This document shows positions 19,521-29,092 of a stretch of 64,000 bases of DNA, in pieces. The DNA is taken from contig CBDBZY010000044.1 of assembly GCA_965213685.1 (NCBI GenBank), positions 64,001-128,000 of the forward strand. Reading direction: 5' to 3'. Source of the DNA: a bacterium. Lineage in GTDB: Bacteria > UBA8248. The position numbers and the translations under genes were made by a program. Every line of letters starts with the position of its first letter. Position 1 is the stretch's first letter. The notes beneath the pieces were generated by a model. It was given only the letters and a program-made list of their open reading frames with translations, was not told the DNA's origin and did not search any database.

Positions 19521-20380
19521 GCGCGCGCTATGAAATCGAGCACATCGTCCGGTTCGACTACGCCGCCCCGGTGCGCGCCTCGGTGATGACGCTCTACCTG
19601 TGTCCGGTTCGCGACCGCGCCCAGCTCGTCCGCGCGTTCTCGATTCACACCGATCCGGATGGGCCGCTGTTCGATTTCACCGATTCGTTCGGCAACACCG
19701 GCCATTTTCTGGATCGTCCCCGCCCGCACGAGCGGTTCCGCATCGCGGCCCGCTCGACGGTGGAGGTGGGGCCGCCGGCCCAGGCTCCGGATCGGCTCGA
19801 TCCCGCAGACTCCCGGGAGCTGCGCCGCGCCGCGCAGTCCCCGGAGCTGTGGCCGATGTTGCACCCGAGCCGCTTCGTCCGTTCGACCCCGGCGCTGCGG
19901 AAGTTCATGGAGGCGCGCGGCATCGGGCTGGGGGAGGACCCTCTCGTGAGCACGCGGGAGCTTTGCGCTAGGCTGCACGAGGCGTTCGAGTACATTCCGG
20001 GCCACACCCGCGTCGATTCCCCCATCGACCACATCCTCGAGACCGGTCGGGGAGTTTGCCAGGACTACGCGCACGTCATGGCCTCCATCCTGCGCGGCTG
20101 GGGGGTTCCGTGCCGCTATGTGTCGGGCTATCTGGGGCCTCCCGCCGGCGGGGCGGCGAAAGGCGAGAGCCACGCCTGGGTGGAATGCTGGTTCCCCGGA
20201 GTCGGGTGGACCGGGTTCGACCCGACGAACGACACCGGGGGAGACGACCGCCACGTCCGGGTGGCGGTGGGGCGGGACTACGCCGACGTCCCGCCGACCC
20301 GGGGCGTGTTTCAAGGAGCCGCCGATTCGACCCTCGACGCCTGCGTGACCATCGAGCGGCATCCCGATCATACAGCCTGA
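19517..20380 (+). CDS. Transglutaminase family protein
   Basis: GVCQDYAH, RYVSGYL, SHAWVE, GFDPTN, VAVGRDYADVPP. Confidence 0.95.
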   Translation: MSARYEIEHIVRFDYAAPVRASVMTLYLCPVRDRAQLVRAFSIHTDPDGPLFDFTDSFGNTGHFLDRPRPHERFRIAARSTVEVGPPAQAPDRLDPADSRELRRAAQSPELWPMLHPSRFVRSTPALRKFMEARGIGLGEDPLVSTRELCARLHEAFEYIPGHTRVDSPIDHILETGRGVCQDYAHVMASILRGWGVPCRYVSGYLGPPAGGAAKGESHAWVECWFPGVGWTGFDPTNDTGGDDRHVRVAVGRDYADVPPTRGVFQGAADSTLDACVTIERHPDHTA

Positions 20381-20593
20381 CGCCCCTCGACCGGCCGCCG
20401 GGAGGGAGCGGGAGGAGAGCCTGGGCGCGTCCGGCGGATGGGCGGGCGGAGAAAGACGCGCGAACGCCGCAAGGCCCGGGGAGGGCGACCTGTCCCGCCG
20501 ATTGTTCCGCCCTCCGCGCCCGTAGTAAAATGCGTTCCATGCGTTCGGGGCCGCATCGAGCGGTCGAATCGGGAGTAGGGAGAGGAGGCCGAA

Positions 20594-21460
20594 ATGCGAT
20601 TCTTGCTCGGGAGATGCCGCACCGCCTGCGCCGCTCTGGGATTCTGCGTCGTGCTGGGCGTTGCGGGCGGGAGTGCGGCCGAGGAGACGGCGGCGCCGCG
20701 CGGGTGGTACGTGGGCGCGGGCGCCGGGATGAGCTGGGAATTCGGGATGGAGCAGGCGGGCCGGAACCGCGACAACATCTGTTATCCGAACAACGATTGC
20801 TCCGGAGGCGCCCCCGAAGGCTATCGGTGGTTCTACGACCTCGAGGCGGATCGCGGTGTCGCGCTCGAAATTTCCGTCGGCCACGCCTGGGAGAAGATGC
20901 GCCTGGAATTGTCGCTGACCGAGCACAAGCAGGATGTGGAGCAGGAGTTCACCGGCATCACCTACCTCGACGGCTCCGCCATCGTCCCCGCCCGGGAAGC
21001 GAACTATACCGAGTCCGTCGTTGCCTCGGTCGACAAGCTGACGACGCGCACGCTCGCGCTCAACGTCTACCGCGATTTTCCGATTTCCGGGAGCCGGTTC
21101 ACCCCCTACCTGGGCGTCGGGCTGGGTCTTTCTTTCGTCGAATTGTCCGGGTTGTATTACCAAAGCAGATACTCGTGCGTCCGGTCTTGCGACGCAGGCC
21201 CCGCAGAGAACTTCAACAGCGAACAGGAGGTCGACCTCTCCGACACCGTCCTCTCCAAGCACCTCCACGCGGGCGCCGACTACCGCCTGAGCGACAGGCT
21301 CCTGCTGGGGCTGAAGCTCTCCTACAGCATGGTGGACGACATGGAGGACAGAAGCAGCTACTCCAGGCATCCGATTCCCGACGGGACGAGTCGCACCCGG
21401 ATCAGCGGGATGGATCACTGGTCGCTGACGCTCGGCCTGAAGTACTTCTTCAGCGACTGA
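20594..21460 (+). CDS. Outer membrane beta-barrel protein (opacity/OmpA-like)
   Basis: Signal peptide, GWYVGAGAG, FTPYLGVGLG, terminal LGLKYFF beta-signal. Confidence 0.85.
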   Translation: MRFLLGRCRTACAALGFCVVLGVAGGSAAEETAAPRGWYVGAGAGMSWEFGMEQAGRNRDNICYPNNDCSGGAPEGYRWFYDLEADRGVALEISVGHAWEKMRLELSLTEHKQDVEQEFTGITYLDGSAIVPAREANYTESVVASVDKLTTRTLALNVYRDFPISGSRFTPYLGVGLGLSFVELSGLYYQSRYSCVRSCDAGPAENFNSEQEVDLSDTVLSKHLHAGADYRLSDRLLLGLKLSYSMVDDMEDRSSYSRHPIPDGTSRTRISGMDHWSLTLGLKYFFSD

Positions 21461-21534
21461 CGCCGCGACTCTTTCGCGGCTACGCGACGCGCCCGGACCG
21501 CTTGCGCCATACGATGATGAAAGGAGCGGCGGCG

Positions 21535-22452
21535 ATGAGGTTACCGACCGAAACGTCCGAGCGGGCGGTGCCCGTCCCGTCCGCAGCGATTGCGCTTTCG
21601 CCGATTCCGGCGGCGAACGTCGCCTCGGTGCCCCAGCGCAGTCCCCTCCGGTATCCTGGCGGAAAGACTTGGCTCGTTCCCCACATCCGGGTTTGGCTCC
21701 AGAGGGTCAATCCGACATCCCAAAGAACCCTCATCGAGCCGTTTGCCGGCGGCGGAATCGTTTCGTTGACCGCCGTGATGGAGGGGCTGGCGGATCGTTG
21801 CCTCATGGCGGAACGGGACGGCGACGTGGCGGCCTTCTGGCGCGCGGCGCTGCGACATGGGCCCGCGCTTCGCGAGAGGATCGCGCGTTTCGAGCCGACG
21901 CGGGAAGCCGTGGAGGCGGTGTCGCGTCAGCCCCATCGGGATGTGCTCGGCCGCGGCTTCCGCACGCTCGTGCTGAACCGGACGCGCAGAGGAGGCATCC
22001 TCGCGCATGGCGCATCGTTGAGCCGCGCGGGAGAAAACGGAAAGGGCGTCGCCTCTCGCTGGTATCCGGGGACGATCATCCAGCGTCTTCGGGAGATTGC
22101 GGCGCATGCGGACCGCATCGAGTTTCACGAGACGGACGGCATGAAATGGATGGCCGCCCTGTTGGCGGGCGGTGGCGCTGAATTCGTCGTTTTCGTCGAT
22201 CCGCCCTACACCGCTGGCGGCAAGCGGGCGGGCAAACGGCTCTATGCCCACAACGAGGTCGACCATCCGCGCCTGTTTGAGATGCTCGCCGACAGCGGTG
22301 CGGATTTTTTGATGACCTACGATCGGGCACCCGAGATTGAACGCTTGATACGGAGGCACCGCTTCTGCGCCGTCGAGGTGCTCATGAAGAACACCCACCA
22401 CGCCCGGGTGCCGGAACTCGTCATCACGCCGCGTCCGGTGTTCGTCGGTTGA
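21535..22452 (+). CDS. Dam/D12-class DNA adenine methyltransferase
   Basis: SPLRYPGGK, EPFAGGG, FVDPPY. Confidence 0.93.
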   Translation: MRLPTETSERAVPVPSAAIALSPIPAANVASVPQRSPLRYPGGKTWLVPHIRVWLQRVNPTSQRTLIEPFAGGGIVSLTAVMEGLADRCLMAERDGDVAAFWRAALRHGPALRERIARFEPTREAVEAVSRQPHRDVLGRGFRTLVLNRTRRGGILAHGASLSRAGENGKGVASRWYPGTIIQRLREIAAHADRIEFHETDGMKWMAALLAGGGAEFVVFVDPPYTAGGKRAGKRLYAHNEVDHPRLFEMLADSGADFLMTYDRAPEIERLIRRHRFCAVEVLMKNTHHARVPELVITPRPVFVG

Positions 22453-23324
22453 CCGTGCGCTACGGCATCGCGGAATGGTATGGGCAGGCGTTTCTGGGAC
22501 TTTCTCCCGCGGAGCGTCGCCGACTGGCGAAGATAGCGTTGCAGGACGGCGCCGAGGCGCCGCCATGTCCGTTTCAGAGGGGCCGGCCGCCTTGCCGGAA
22601 ACGGGGCGGCGTGTGTTCTCTTCAGCGTTATGAAAAGGGCGAGGGCGGACGGATCGGCTTGCCCGATGGCGATCCGGTCATCGTTTGTCCGGTCAGGTTC
22701 GAAGAAGAATTGCTGGTGAACTGGCTGGCGGAGATTGTCGGCTTTGTGCCGGGGCGGGCGATGTTGGCCCGCGAGGTGCCTTTCATGCGCGGAACGGGCA
22801 CGGACAAGCCGGCGGGAAAGATCGACCTTGTTGTCGCCGAAACGTCCGGGGGCGTTCTCAAGTGGTATGGGCTGGAAGTTCAGGCGGTGTATTTCTCCGG
22901 CAAAGGTATGCAATCTGAATTCGCCAACTTGCGAGAGGACGATCATCCGAAACCGCCGTTTCCGGACGCGGTTCGCCGACCGGACTGGCGCTCTTCGAGC
23001 GCGAAACGCCTCATGCCGCAGTTGCAAATCAAGGTTCCGACCCTCCGCCGCTGGGGATCGAGAATAGCCGTCGCAGTGGATCGGCCATTCTTCGAATCCA
23101 TAGGAGGCGACGGGCTCAATCCCGGACGGGACCTGAATGATGGTGACGTCGTATGGCTGGTCCCGGAACTCGTTCGGAACATGGAGGGGTGCTACCGACT
23201 CTCGCGCGGGCATTGGGAAGTCCTGACCCTGGAGGATTCCACCGGAAAGCTCCTCGCCGCCGAGACGATTCAACGCGACAGGTTTGAACGCGACTTGAAA
23301 AGCAGACTCGAACCTCTCGGCTAG
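22449..23324 (+). CDS. NotI-family restriction endonuclease
   Basis: IAEWYG, CPF..C.K..GVCS..VCP four-Cys cluster, ID..LEVQAVYFSG, RPDWRSSSAKRLMPQLQIK; overlaps the methyltransferase stop. Confidence 0.85.
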   Translation: MTVRYGIAEWYGQAFLGLSPAERRRLAKIALQDGAEAPPCPFQRGRPPCRKRGGVCSLQRYEKGEGGRIGLPDGDPVIVCPVRFEEELLVNWLAEIVGFVPGRAMLAREVPFMRGTGTDKPAGKIDLVVAETSGGVLKWYGLEVQAVYFSGKGMQSEFANLREDDHPKPPFPDAVRRPDWRSSSAKRLMPQLQIKVPTLRRWGSRIAVAVDRPFFESIGGDGLNPGRDLNDGDVVWLVPELVRNMEGCYRLSRGHWEVLTLEDSTGKLLAAETIQRDRFERDLKSRLEPLG

Positions 23325-23484
23325 CACCGGAGCCGTTTGCCGAAAGCGCCGGATAGGCACCGCTCCTTTTCTGTCGACGGCGGCCGGCAACGCCTCGTTC
23401 CCGCGATTATCCGTTATCGGGGGGCCGGCTGGTGCGGCGAGGGACTCCTGCGTGATATGGGGGTCGGAAAACGGCTCCCGCCCG

Positions 23485-23513
23485 TTGACACGCCCCCCGC
23501 GAGCATCCAGAAT
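23485..23513 (+). promoter_or_regulatory. Sigma70-like promoter of mqnE
   Basis: TTGACA-N17-CAGAAT. Confidence 0.6.
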
Positions 23514-23576
23514 GCCCCCTCTGTCATGGGCACCCCCGCGGGTCCCCGAGGGAGATGCGCAAGCGCGAGGTGGGAG

Positions 23577-24716
23577 ATGAGCGGCGATTTCATGCGGTCC
23601 CGCGTTCTGGGAAGTCCTCTGGGCGACATCCTGGAGAAGGTGGAGGAGGGGCGGCGCCTCTCCTTCGAGGAGGGCGTGCGCCTCTATGAGTCCCGCGACA
23701 TCAACGCCGTCGGCTACCTGGCGAACATCGCGCGCGAGCGGCTGCACGGCGACCGCACCTACTACAACGTGAATAGCCACATCAACTACTCGAACGTCTG
23801 CGTGCTGTGGAAGGCGTGCAAATTCTGCGCGTTCGGCAAGAAGGAAGGCCAGCAGGGCGCCTATGAATACTCCCTGGAGGAGATCTTCCGGATGGCGGAA
23901 ACCCTGGGCCGCGGCCGCACCGAATTCCACATGGTGGGCGGCCTGCATCCGGACCTGCCCTTTGACTACTATCTGGAAATGATCCAGGGCATCAAGGAGA
24001 TGCACCCCCGGCTGCACCTCAAGGTGTTCACGGCGACGGAAATTCGCTGGCTGGCCGACCGTGTCGCCAGAATGAGCGTGGAGGAGACGCTCGACCATCT
24101 CGTGCGCTCGGGCCTCGGCTCGCTGACGGGGGGCGGGGCGGAGATTTTCGCCGAGCCGACGCGCTCGAAAATCTGCAAGGGCAAGCAATCCGCCGAGGAC
24201 TGGCTGGAGGTGCACCGCATCGCCCACCGCAAGGGCATCCGAAGCACGTGCACCATGCTCTACGGACACGTGGAGTCGAACGAGGATCGGGTGGATCACA
24301 TGCTCAGGCTCCGGGCGCTGCAGGACGAGACGGGCGGGTTCACCACCTTCATCCCCCTGGCGTTCCATCCCGAGAATACCCAGCTCGACGAGATTCCCCC
24401 GGCGGGCGGGATGCTCGACCTCGGAAACTACGCCGTGGGTCGCCTTCTGCTCGACAACATCCCCCACATCAAGGCCTACTGGATCATGGTGGGCCAGCCG
24501 ATCGCGCAAATCTCCCAGCGCTTTGGCGTGGATGATCTGGACGGCACCGTCGTGCAGGAGAAGATCTACCACATGGCGGGCGCGCGGACGCCGCATGAGC
24601 TCACGGTGAACGACATTCGCCGGCTCATCCGCGAGGCGGGGCGCGAGCCCATCGAACGCGACACGCTCTACCGAGAGGTCGTCCGCGAGGGGGAGCAGTG
24701 GGCGACGCACGCATAG
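23577..24716 (+). CDS. mqnE: Aminofutalosine synthase (radical SAM)
   Basis: HINYSNVC, HMVGGLHPDLPF, GGGAEIF, TMLYGH, FIPLAFHP, HIKAYW, EKIYHMAGA. Confidence 0.92.
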   Translation: MSGDFMRSRVLGSPLGDILEKVEEGRRLSFEEGVRLYESRDINAVGYLANIARERLHGDRTYYNVNSHINYSNVCVLWKACKFCAFGKKEGQQGAYEYSLEEIFRMAETLGRGRTEFHMVGGLHPDLPFDYYLEMIQGIKEMHPRLHLKVFTATEIRWLADRVARMSVEETLDHLVRSGLGSLTGGGAEIFAEPTRSKICKGKQSAEDWLEVHRIAHRKGIRSTCTMLYGHVESNEDRVDHMLRLRALQDETGGFTTFIPLAFHPENTQLDEIPPAGGMLDLGNYAVGRLLLDNIPHIKAYWIMVGQPIAQISQRFGVDDLDGTVVQEKIYHMAGARTPHELTVNDIRRLIREAGREPIERDTLYREVVREGEQWATHA

Positions 24717-24723
24717 AATCGTC

Positions 24724-26967
24724 ATGAAACTTGGCACGGTTCCCTTCCTGAACGCGAGGCCGCTCACCATCGCGCTCGAGGAGAACCCCGAAGTCGAGCT
24801 CATCGTCGCCCCCCCCTCGGAGCTGGCGCGGGCGCTCTCGCGCGGCGAGGTGGATGGCGCCCTCGTCTCCTCGTTCGCCCTGTTCCAGATGCGCGGGGCG
24901 CGCTTCGCGCCCGGCGTGGGCATCGCGAGCAGGGGGCCCGTGGAGAGCATCCGCCTCTATTGCCGGCGGCCGGCGGATTCCCTGCGCCGCGTGGGGCTGG
25001 ACAGCTGGTCGCTCTCCGCTGCGCACATGGCGCGCGTCTACCTCAAGCGGCGGTGGGGCGCGACGCCCGAGTTCGTGCCCGTCGATCCGCTCCGGCCGCC
25101 CCGAGAGGACGAGACGCTCGACGCCTTTTTGCTCATCGGGGACAACGCGCTCCGGGAGGGGCCCGGGGAGCACTATGTTCTCGACCTGGGCGAGGAGTGG
25201 CATAACTTCACCGGGCTGCCCTTCGTCTATGCGCTCTGGGTGTTCCGGCCCGGGGCGGGAGACGCGGCGGACGCGGCCCTCCTGCAGAGGGCGAAAAAAG
25301 AGGGCGTGGGACGCATCGGGGAGATCATTGGCGGAGCGCTTCCGCCCGGCGTCGACGCGAACACGGCGTGGTGTTATCTCACCGAGTGCGTGCGCTACGA
25401 CGTGGGGGAGGAGGAGCTGGAGGGGCTGAAGCGATATTACGGGTTTCTGGTCGAGGACGGCCTGGCACCGGCCGGGTGGGAGCCTGCGCGCGTTGGCGAG
25501 GCGGCCCCCCGCGTGGAAATCGGGGAGCGGGAGGCGCCGGGGGAGGACGACATGGACGCGGACATCTGCTTCTCTAGCGTGTATGACCTTTCTGAATCCA
25601 TCCGCCGGAAGCGGATATCGCCGGTCGAGGTGGCGGAGGCGCACCTGCGCCGCATCGAATCGCTGAACCCCGGGATATTCGCCTACCAGACGGTGACGGC
25701 GGAGGAGGCCCTGGCCCAGGCGCGGGCGGCAGAGGAGGAGATCGTCCGGGGCCGGTGGCGGGGCCCGATGCACGGCGTGCCCTATGGCGTCAAGGACATC
25801 GTCGATACGGCGGGGGTTCTCACCACCCACGGCTCCTCGTTTCATCGGGACAACGTCCCGCGCGCGGACGCGGAGGTCGTCAGGCGCCTGAAGCGGGCGG
25901 GCGCCGTCATGCTGGGCAAGACGAACACCCATGAATTCGCGGCGGCGTCGACGACGATCAACCCCCATTACGGGACGACGCGCAACCCGTGGAACCCCGA
26001 TCGGATCGTCGGCGGCTCGAGCGGCGGCTCCGCCGCCGCCTGCGCGGCGGGCCTGGCCCCCGCCGCCATCGGCACGGACACGGGCGGCTCCATCCGCACG
26101 CCCTCCGTCCTGTGCGGGAGCGTGGGCCTCAAGCCGACCCATGGCCGGGTGAGCCTCGCGGGGATATGTCCGAACGTGCCGAGCTTCGACCACCCGGGCC
26201 CGATGACGCGCACCGCCCGCGACGCGGGGCTCATGCTGCAGGCGATGGCGGGGTACGACCCCCGGGACTCCCAGTCCAGAGACGCGCCCGTGCCCGACTT
26301 TACCGCGGGAATCGCGGACGGGGTGCGCGGCAGCCGCATTCTCGTATGTCCGGATTATCATGGGCGGCAGGAGGTGGACTCCGAGATCATGGCGGCGTTT
26401 GCGCGCGCGGCGGACGTGTTCCGCACCCTGGGCGCGGAGGTGGAGGAGGTCTCCTTCTCCCACCACCAGAGGCTTCTGGATCTGTTTCCGCCCATCGCGG
26501 GGCCTGAGTTCAGTGAATTCCACAGGCCGTTTTTCGAGCAAAACCCCGAAGGATACGGCGAGGACGTGCGCGAGCGCCTGGAGTGGTCGTTCCGCATACC
26601 CCTGGACGATTACGTGCGGGCGATGCGCGAGCGCGCCCTCGCCCGGCGCGAGGCGGCCAGGTTCTTCGAGGGGGCGGACGCCCTCATCCAGCCCGCCATG
26701 CCCTGCGTCGCCCCGCCGATAGAGACGCTCCTCGTCCGGATCAACGGGAGGGAGGTTCCCTATCCGCACATCCATCGTCCGTTTCTCTCCCCGCACAACG
26801 CCACCGGCTTTCCCGCGCTCGTCACCCCGATGGGGAAAAGCGCCGGGGGACTTCCGATGGGGCTGCAGATCGTGGGCGGGCACTGGCGCGAGGCGGACGT
26901 GCTGCGCGTCGCCCATGCGTATGAGGAGGCGACGGAGGAGCTGAGAGCCGGGAGGCCCGCCTTGTGA
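24724..26967 (+). CDS. mqnA: Chorismate dehydratase MqnA (about aa 1-250) in frame with an amidase-signature enzyme (own RBS and ATG at 25552)
   Basis: VPFLNARPL, GPVESI, LLIGDNAL, DLGEEW...TGLPFVYALW; then GVPYGVKD, GGSSGGSA, GTDTGGSIR. Confidence 0.85.
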   Translation: MKLGTVPFLNARPLTIALEENPEVELIVAPPSELARALSRGEVDGALVSSFALFQMRGARFAPGVGIASRGPVESIRLYCRRPADSLRRVGLDSWSLSAAHMARVYLKRRWGATPEFVPVDPLRPPREDETLDAFLLIGDNALREGPGEHYVLDLGEEWHNFTGLPFVYALWVFRPGAGDAADAALLQRAKKEGVGRIGEIIGGALPPGVDANTAWCYLTECVRYDVGEEELEGLKRYYGFLVEDGLAPAGWEPARVGEAAPRVEIGEREAPGEDDMDADICFSSVYDLSESIRRKRISPVEVAEAHLRRIESLNPGIFAYQTVTAEEALAQARAAEEEIVRGRWRGPMHGVPYGVKDIVDTAGVLTTHGSSFHRDNVPRADAEVVRRLKRAGAVMLGKTNTHEFAAASTTINPHYGTTRNPWNPDRIVGGSSGGSAAACAAGLAPAAIGTDTGGSIRTPSVLCGSVGLKPTHGRVSLAGICPNVPSFDHPGPMTRTARDAGLMLQAMAGYDPRDSQSRDAPVPDFTAGIADGVRGSRILVCPDYHGRQEVDSEIMAAFARAADVFRTLGAEVEEVSFSHHQRLLDLFPPIAGPEFSEFHRPFFEQNPEGYGEDVRERLEWSFRIPLDDYVRAMRERALARREAARFFEGADALIQPAMPCVAPPIETLLVRINGREVPYPHIHRPFLSPHNATGFPALVTPMGKSAGGLPMGLQIVGGHWREADVLRVAHAYEEATEELRAGRPAL

Positions 26968-27085
26968 TCGGGATGCGGTGCGGCGGGGCGGAGAGGGCGT
27001 TTCGGGTGCGGCCTGGCCGACGGACGGGTGCGGGCCGCCGGAGGCTGCGCGTCCCGAGACGCCTGGCGGAGGATGGGAGGCGGTT

Positions 27086-27877
27086 TTGCCGAAAGTGCGG
27101 GTAGGCGACATCGACATCCACTATGCGGAGAGCGGGGAGGGCCCCCCGCTTCTTCTGGTGCACGGGTTCCAGAACTCGCACTTCACCTTCCGGCCGATAG
27201 CCGGCTGGCTGGCGGAGCGCTTCCGGGTTCTGGCGCTCGACCTGCGCGGCCACGGCGATTCGGACAAGCCGAGGGGCCCCTACGCCATCCGGACGTTCGC
27301 CGACGATGTGCTCGGCTTCCTGGACGCGCTCGAAATCGACCGCGTCGACTATCTCGGACAAAGCATGGGCGGGCGCACGGGCACGATGTTCGCGGTTCGG
27401 CACGCGGACCGGCTGCGGCGCCTGATGCTCTCCGCCTCCTCCGCCGGCCCGCCCTCGGGCGCCTACCGAACGATGTTCGAGGAGCAGCTGCGGGTTGTCG
27501 AATCCGGGGGGATGGAGGGGCTGCTGGAATTCAAGCGGCGGCGCGGCGACATTCCGCAGGGTTTGCGGGAGGGTGCCCTGGCGCGGGAGTATGCGGAGAG
27601 GTTTTTGAAGAATACGCCGCAAACGTTCGCTGATACCGCACACGCGCTGTTCCACATGCCCGACCTGCGGAGGGTGCTGCACAGAATCTCCGTCCCCACC
27701 TGGGTGTGCTACGGGGAGAACGACGCGGGCCCCCTTGATTTCAGCGACGCCTATTTCAGCCGCATACCGAATTGCGCGCGCTCGATCATTCCCGATGCGG
27801 GCCACAGCGTTTTCTGGGATCAGCCAGGCGCCTTCATCGCGCAGATGGAGGCGTTCCTGGAGGAGAACCCCGCCTGA
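27086..27877 (+). CDS. Alpha/beta fold hydrolase
   Basis: LLVHG, DLRGHGDS, GQSMGG nucleophile elbow, AGH; TTG start after GGAGG. Confidence 0.9.
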   Translation: MPKVRVGDIDIHYAESGEGPPLLLVHGFQNSHFTFRPIAGWLAERFRVLALDLRGHGDSDKPRGPYAIRTFADDVLGFLDALEIDRVDYLGQSMGGRTGTMFAVRHADRLRRLMLSASSAGPPSGAYRTMFEEQLRVVESGGMEGLLEFKRRRGDIPQGLREGALAREYAERFLKNTPQTFADTAHALFHMPDLRRVLHRISVPTWVCYGENDAGPLDFSDAYFSRIPNCARSIIPDAGHSVFWDQPGAFIAQMEAFLEENPA

Positions 27878-27933
27878 GATTTTCGGGGGGAGGCGCGCGG
27901 AGGCCACAAAGCCCGCCGCCCGGCTTCTCCCGG

Positions 27934-27962
27934 TTGACCTCCCCGTTTTTCTTGCGCATGAT
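27934..27962 (+). promoter_or_regulatory. Sigma70-like promoter of mqnC
   Basis: TTGACC-N17-CATGAT. Confidence 0.45.
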
Positions 27963-28000
27963 CCTCCGGGCGTTCCGGCGAGGCGGGGGAGGAGGAATTC

Positions 28001-29083
28001 ATGACGACGGCCACGACGGCTTTCTACGAGGCCATCGAAAAGGCGGCGGCGGGGGTGCGCCTCTCGTATGACGAGGGGCTGGCGCTGCTCGAGGGCGACG
28101 ACCTCGTGGCTCTGGGGGCCGCTGCGGACGACGCGCGCGCGCGTCTGCATCCGGAGGGGTACGCCACCTACTGCGTCGACAGGAACATCAACTACACGAA
28201 CGTGTGCGACGTGTACTGCACGTTTTGCGCGTTCTATCGGCCGCCGGGGGAGCATCCGGAGGCTTACGTCCGCACCAGAGAGGAGATCGGGCGAAAAATC
28301 GAGGAGCTCTACGAGGTCGGCGGCAGGCAGGTGCTACTCCAGGGGGGGCACCACCCGGATTTGCGGATCGAGTGGTATGAGGGGCTCTTCTCCTGGATGA
28401 AGGGCGCGTTTCCCGACCTCCACCTCCATGCCCTGAGTCCGCCCGAGATTCACCACATCGCCAGGCTCGAGGACATGCCCTACGAGGTGGTGCTCGCCCG
28501 CCTGCGGGAGGCGGGCCTCGACTCCCTGCCCGGCGGCGGCGGCGAGATTCTCGTGGACCGCGTGCGCGAGAAAATATCGCGGCTGAAGGTGAACGCCCAG
28601 GGCTGGCTCGACGTCATGCGCGCGGCCCACAGGCTGGGGATTCGCTCCACCGCCACGATGATGTTCGGCCACGCGGAGACCGAGGCCGAGCGGATGGAGC
28701 ACCTCCACCGTCTGCGCGCGCTGCAGGATGAGACGGGCGGGTTCACGGCCTACATCTGCTGGACGTTCCAGAACGACGGCGCGGCGACGCTCAAGGCGCA
28801 GACGGTGGGCAGCGGCGAGTATCTGCGGATGCTGGCGATCAGCCGGCTGTATCTCGACAACATCGTGAACTTTCAATCCTCCTGGGTGACGCAGGGGATG
28901 AAGATCGGCGAGATTTCCCTGCACTACGGGTGCAACGACATGGGTTCCACCATGCTGGAGGAGAACGTCGTCAGCGCCGCCGGCACGACATACGCCCTGA
29001 ACGAGGCCGACCTGCGCCGCATGGCGCGCAACGCCGGCCTCACTCCCAGGCGCCGCAATTTTTTCTACGAGTTGATCGACTAG
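28001..29083 (+). CDS. mqnC: Cyclic dehypoxanthinyl futalosine synthase (radical SAM)
   Basis: DRNINYTNVC...C.FCAF, LLQGGHHP, TATMMFGH, QSSWVTQG, MLEENVVSAAG. Confidence 0.95.
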   Translation: MTTATTAFYEAIEKAAAGVRLSYDEGLALLEGDDLVALGAAADDARARLHPEGYATYCVDRNINYTNVCDVYCTFCAFYRPPGEHPEAYVRTREEIGRKIEELYEVGGRQVLLQGGHHPDLRIEWYEGLFSWMKGAFPDLHLHALSPPEIHHIARLEDMPYEVVLARLREAGLDSLPGGGGEILVDRVREKISRLKVNAQGWLDVMRAAHRLGIRSTATMMFGHAETEAERMEHLHRLRALQDETGGFTAYICWTFQNDGAATLKAQTVGSGEYLRMLAISRLYLDNIVNFQSSWVTQGMKIGEISLHYGCNDMGSTMLEENVVSAAGTTYALNEADLRRMARNAGLTPRRRNFFYELID

Positions 29084-29092
29084 CACCCCCCA

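Noticed and set aside
20056-22452. 798-aa ORF suggesting a large methyltransferase fusion
   Set aside because: The N-terminal ~490 aa is an alternative frame over the transglutaminase and outer-membrane genes; the methyltransferase has its own AAGGAG RBS and ATG at 21535
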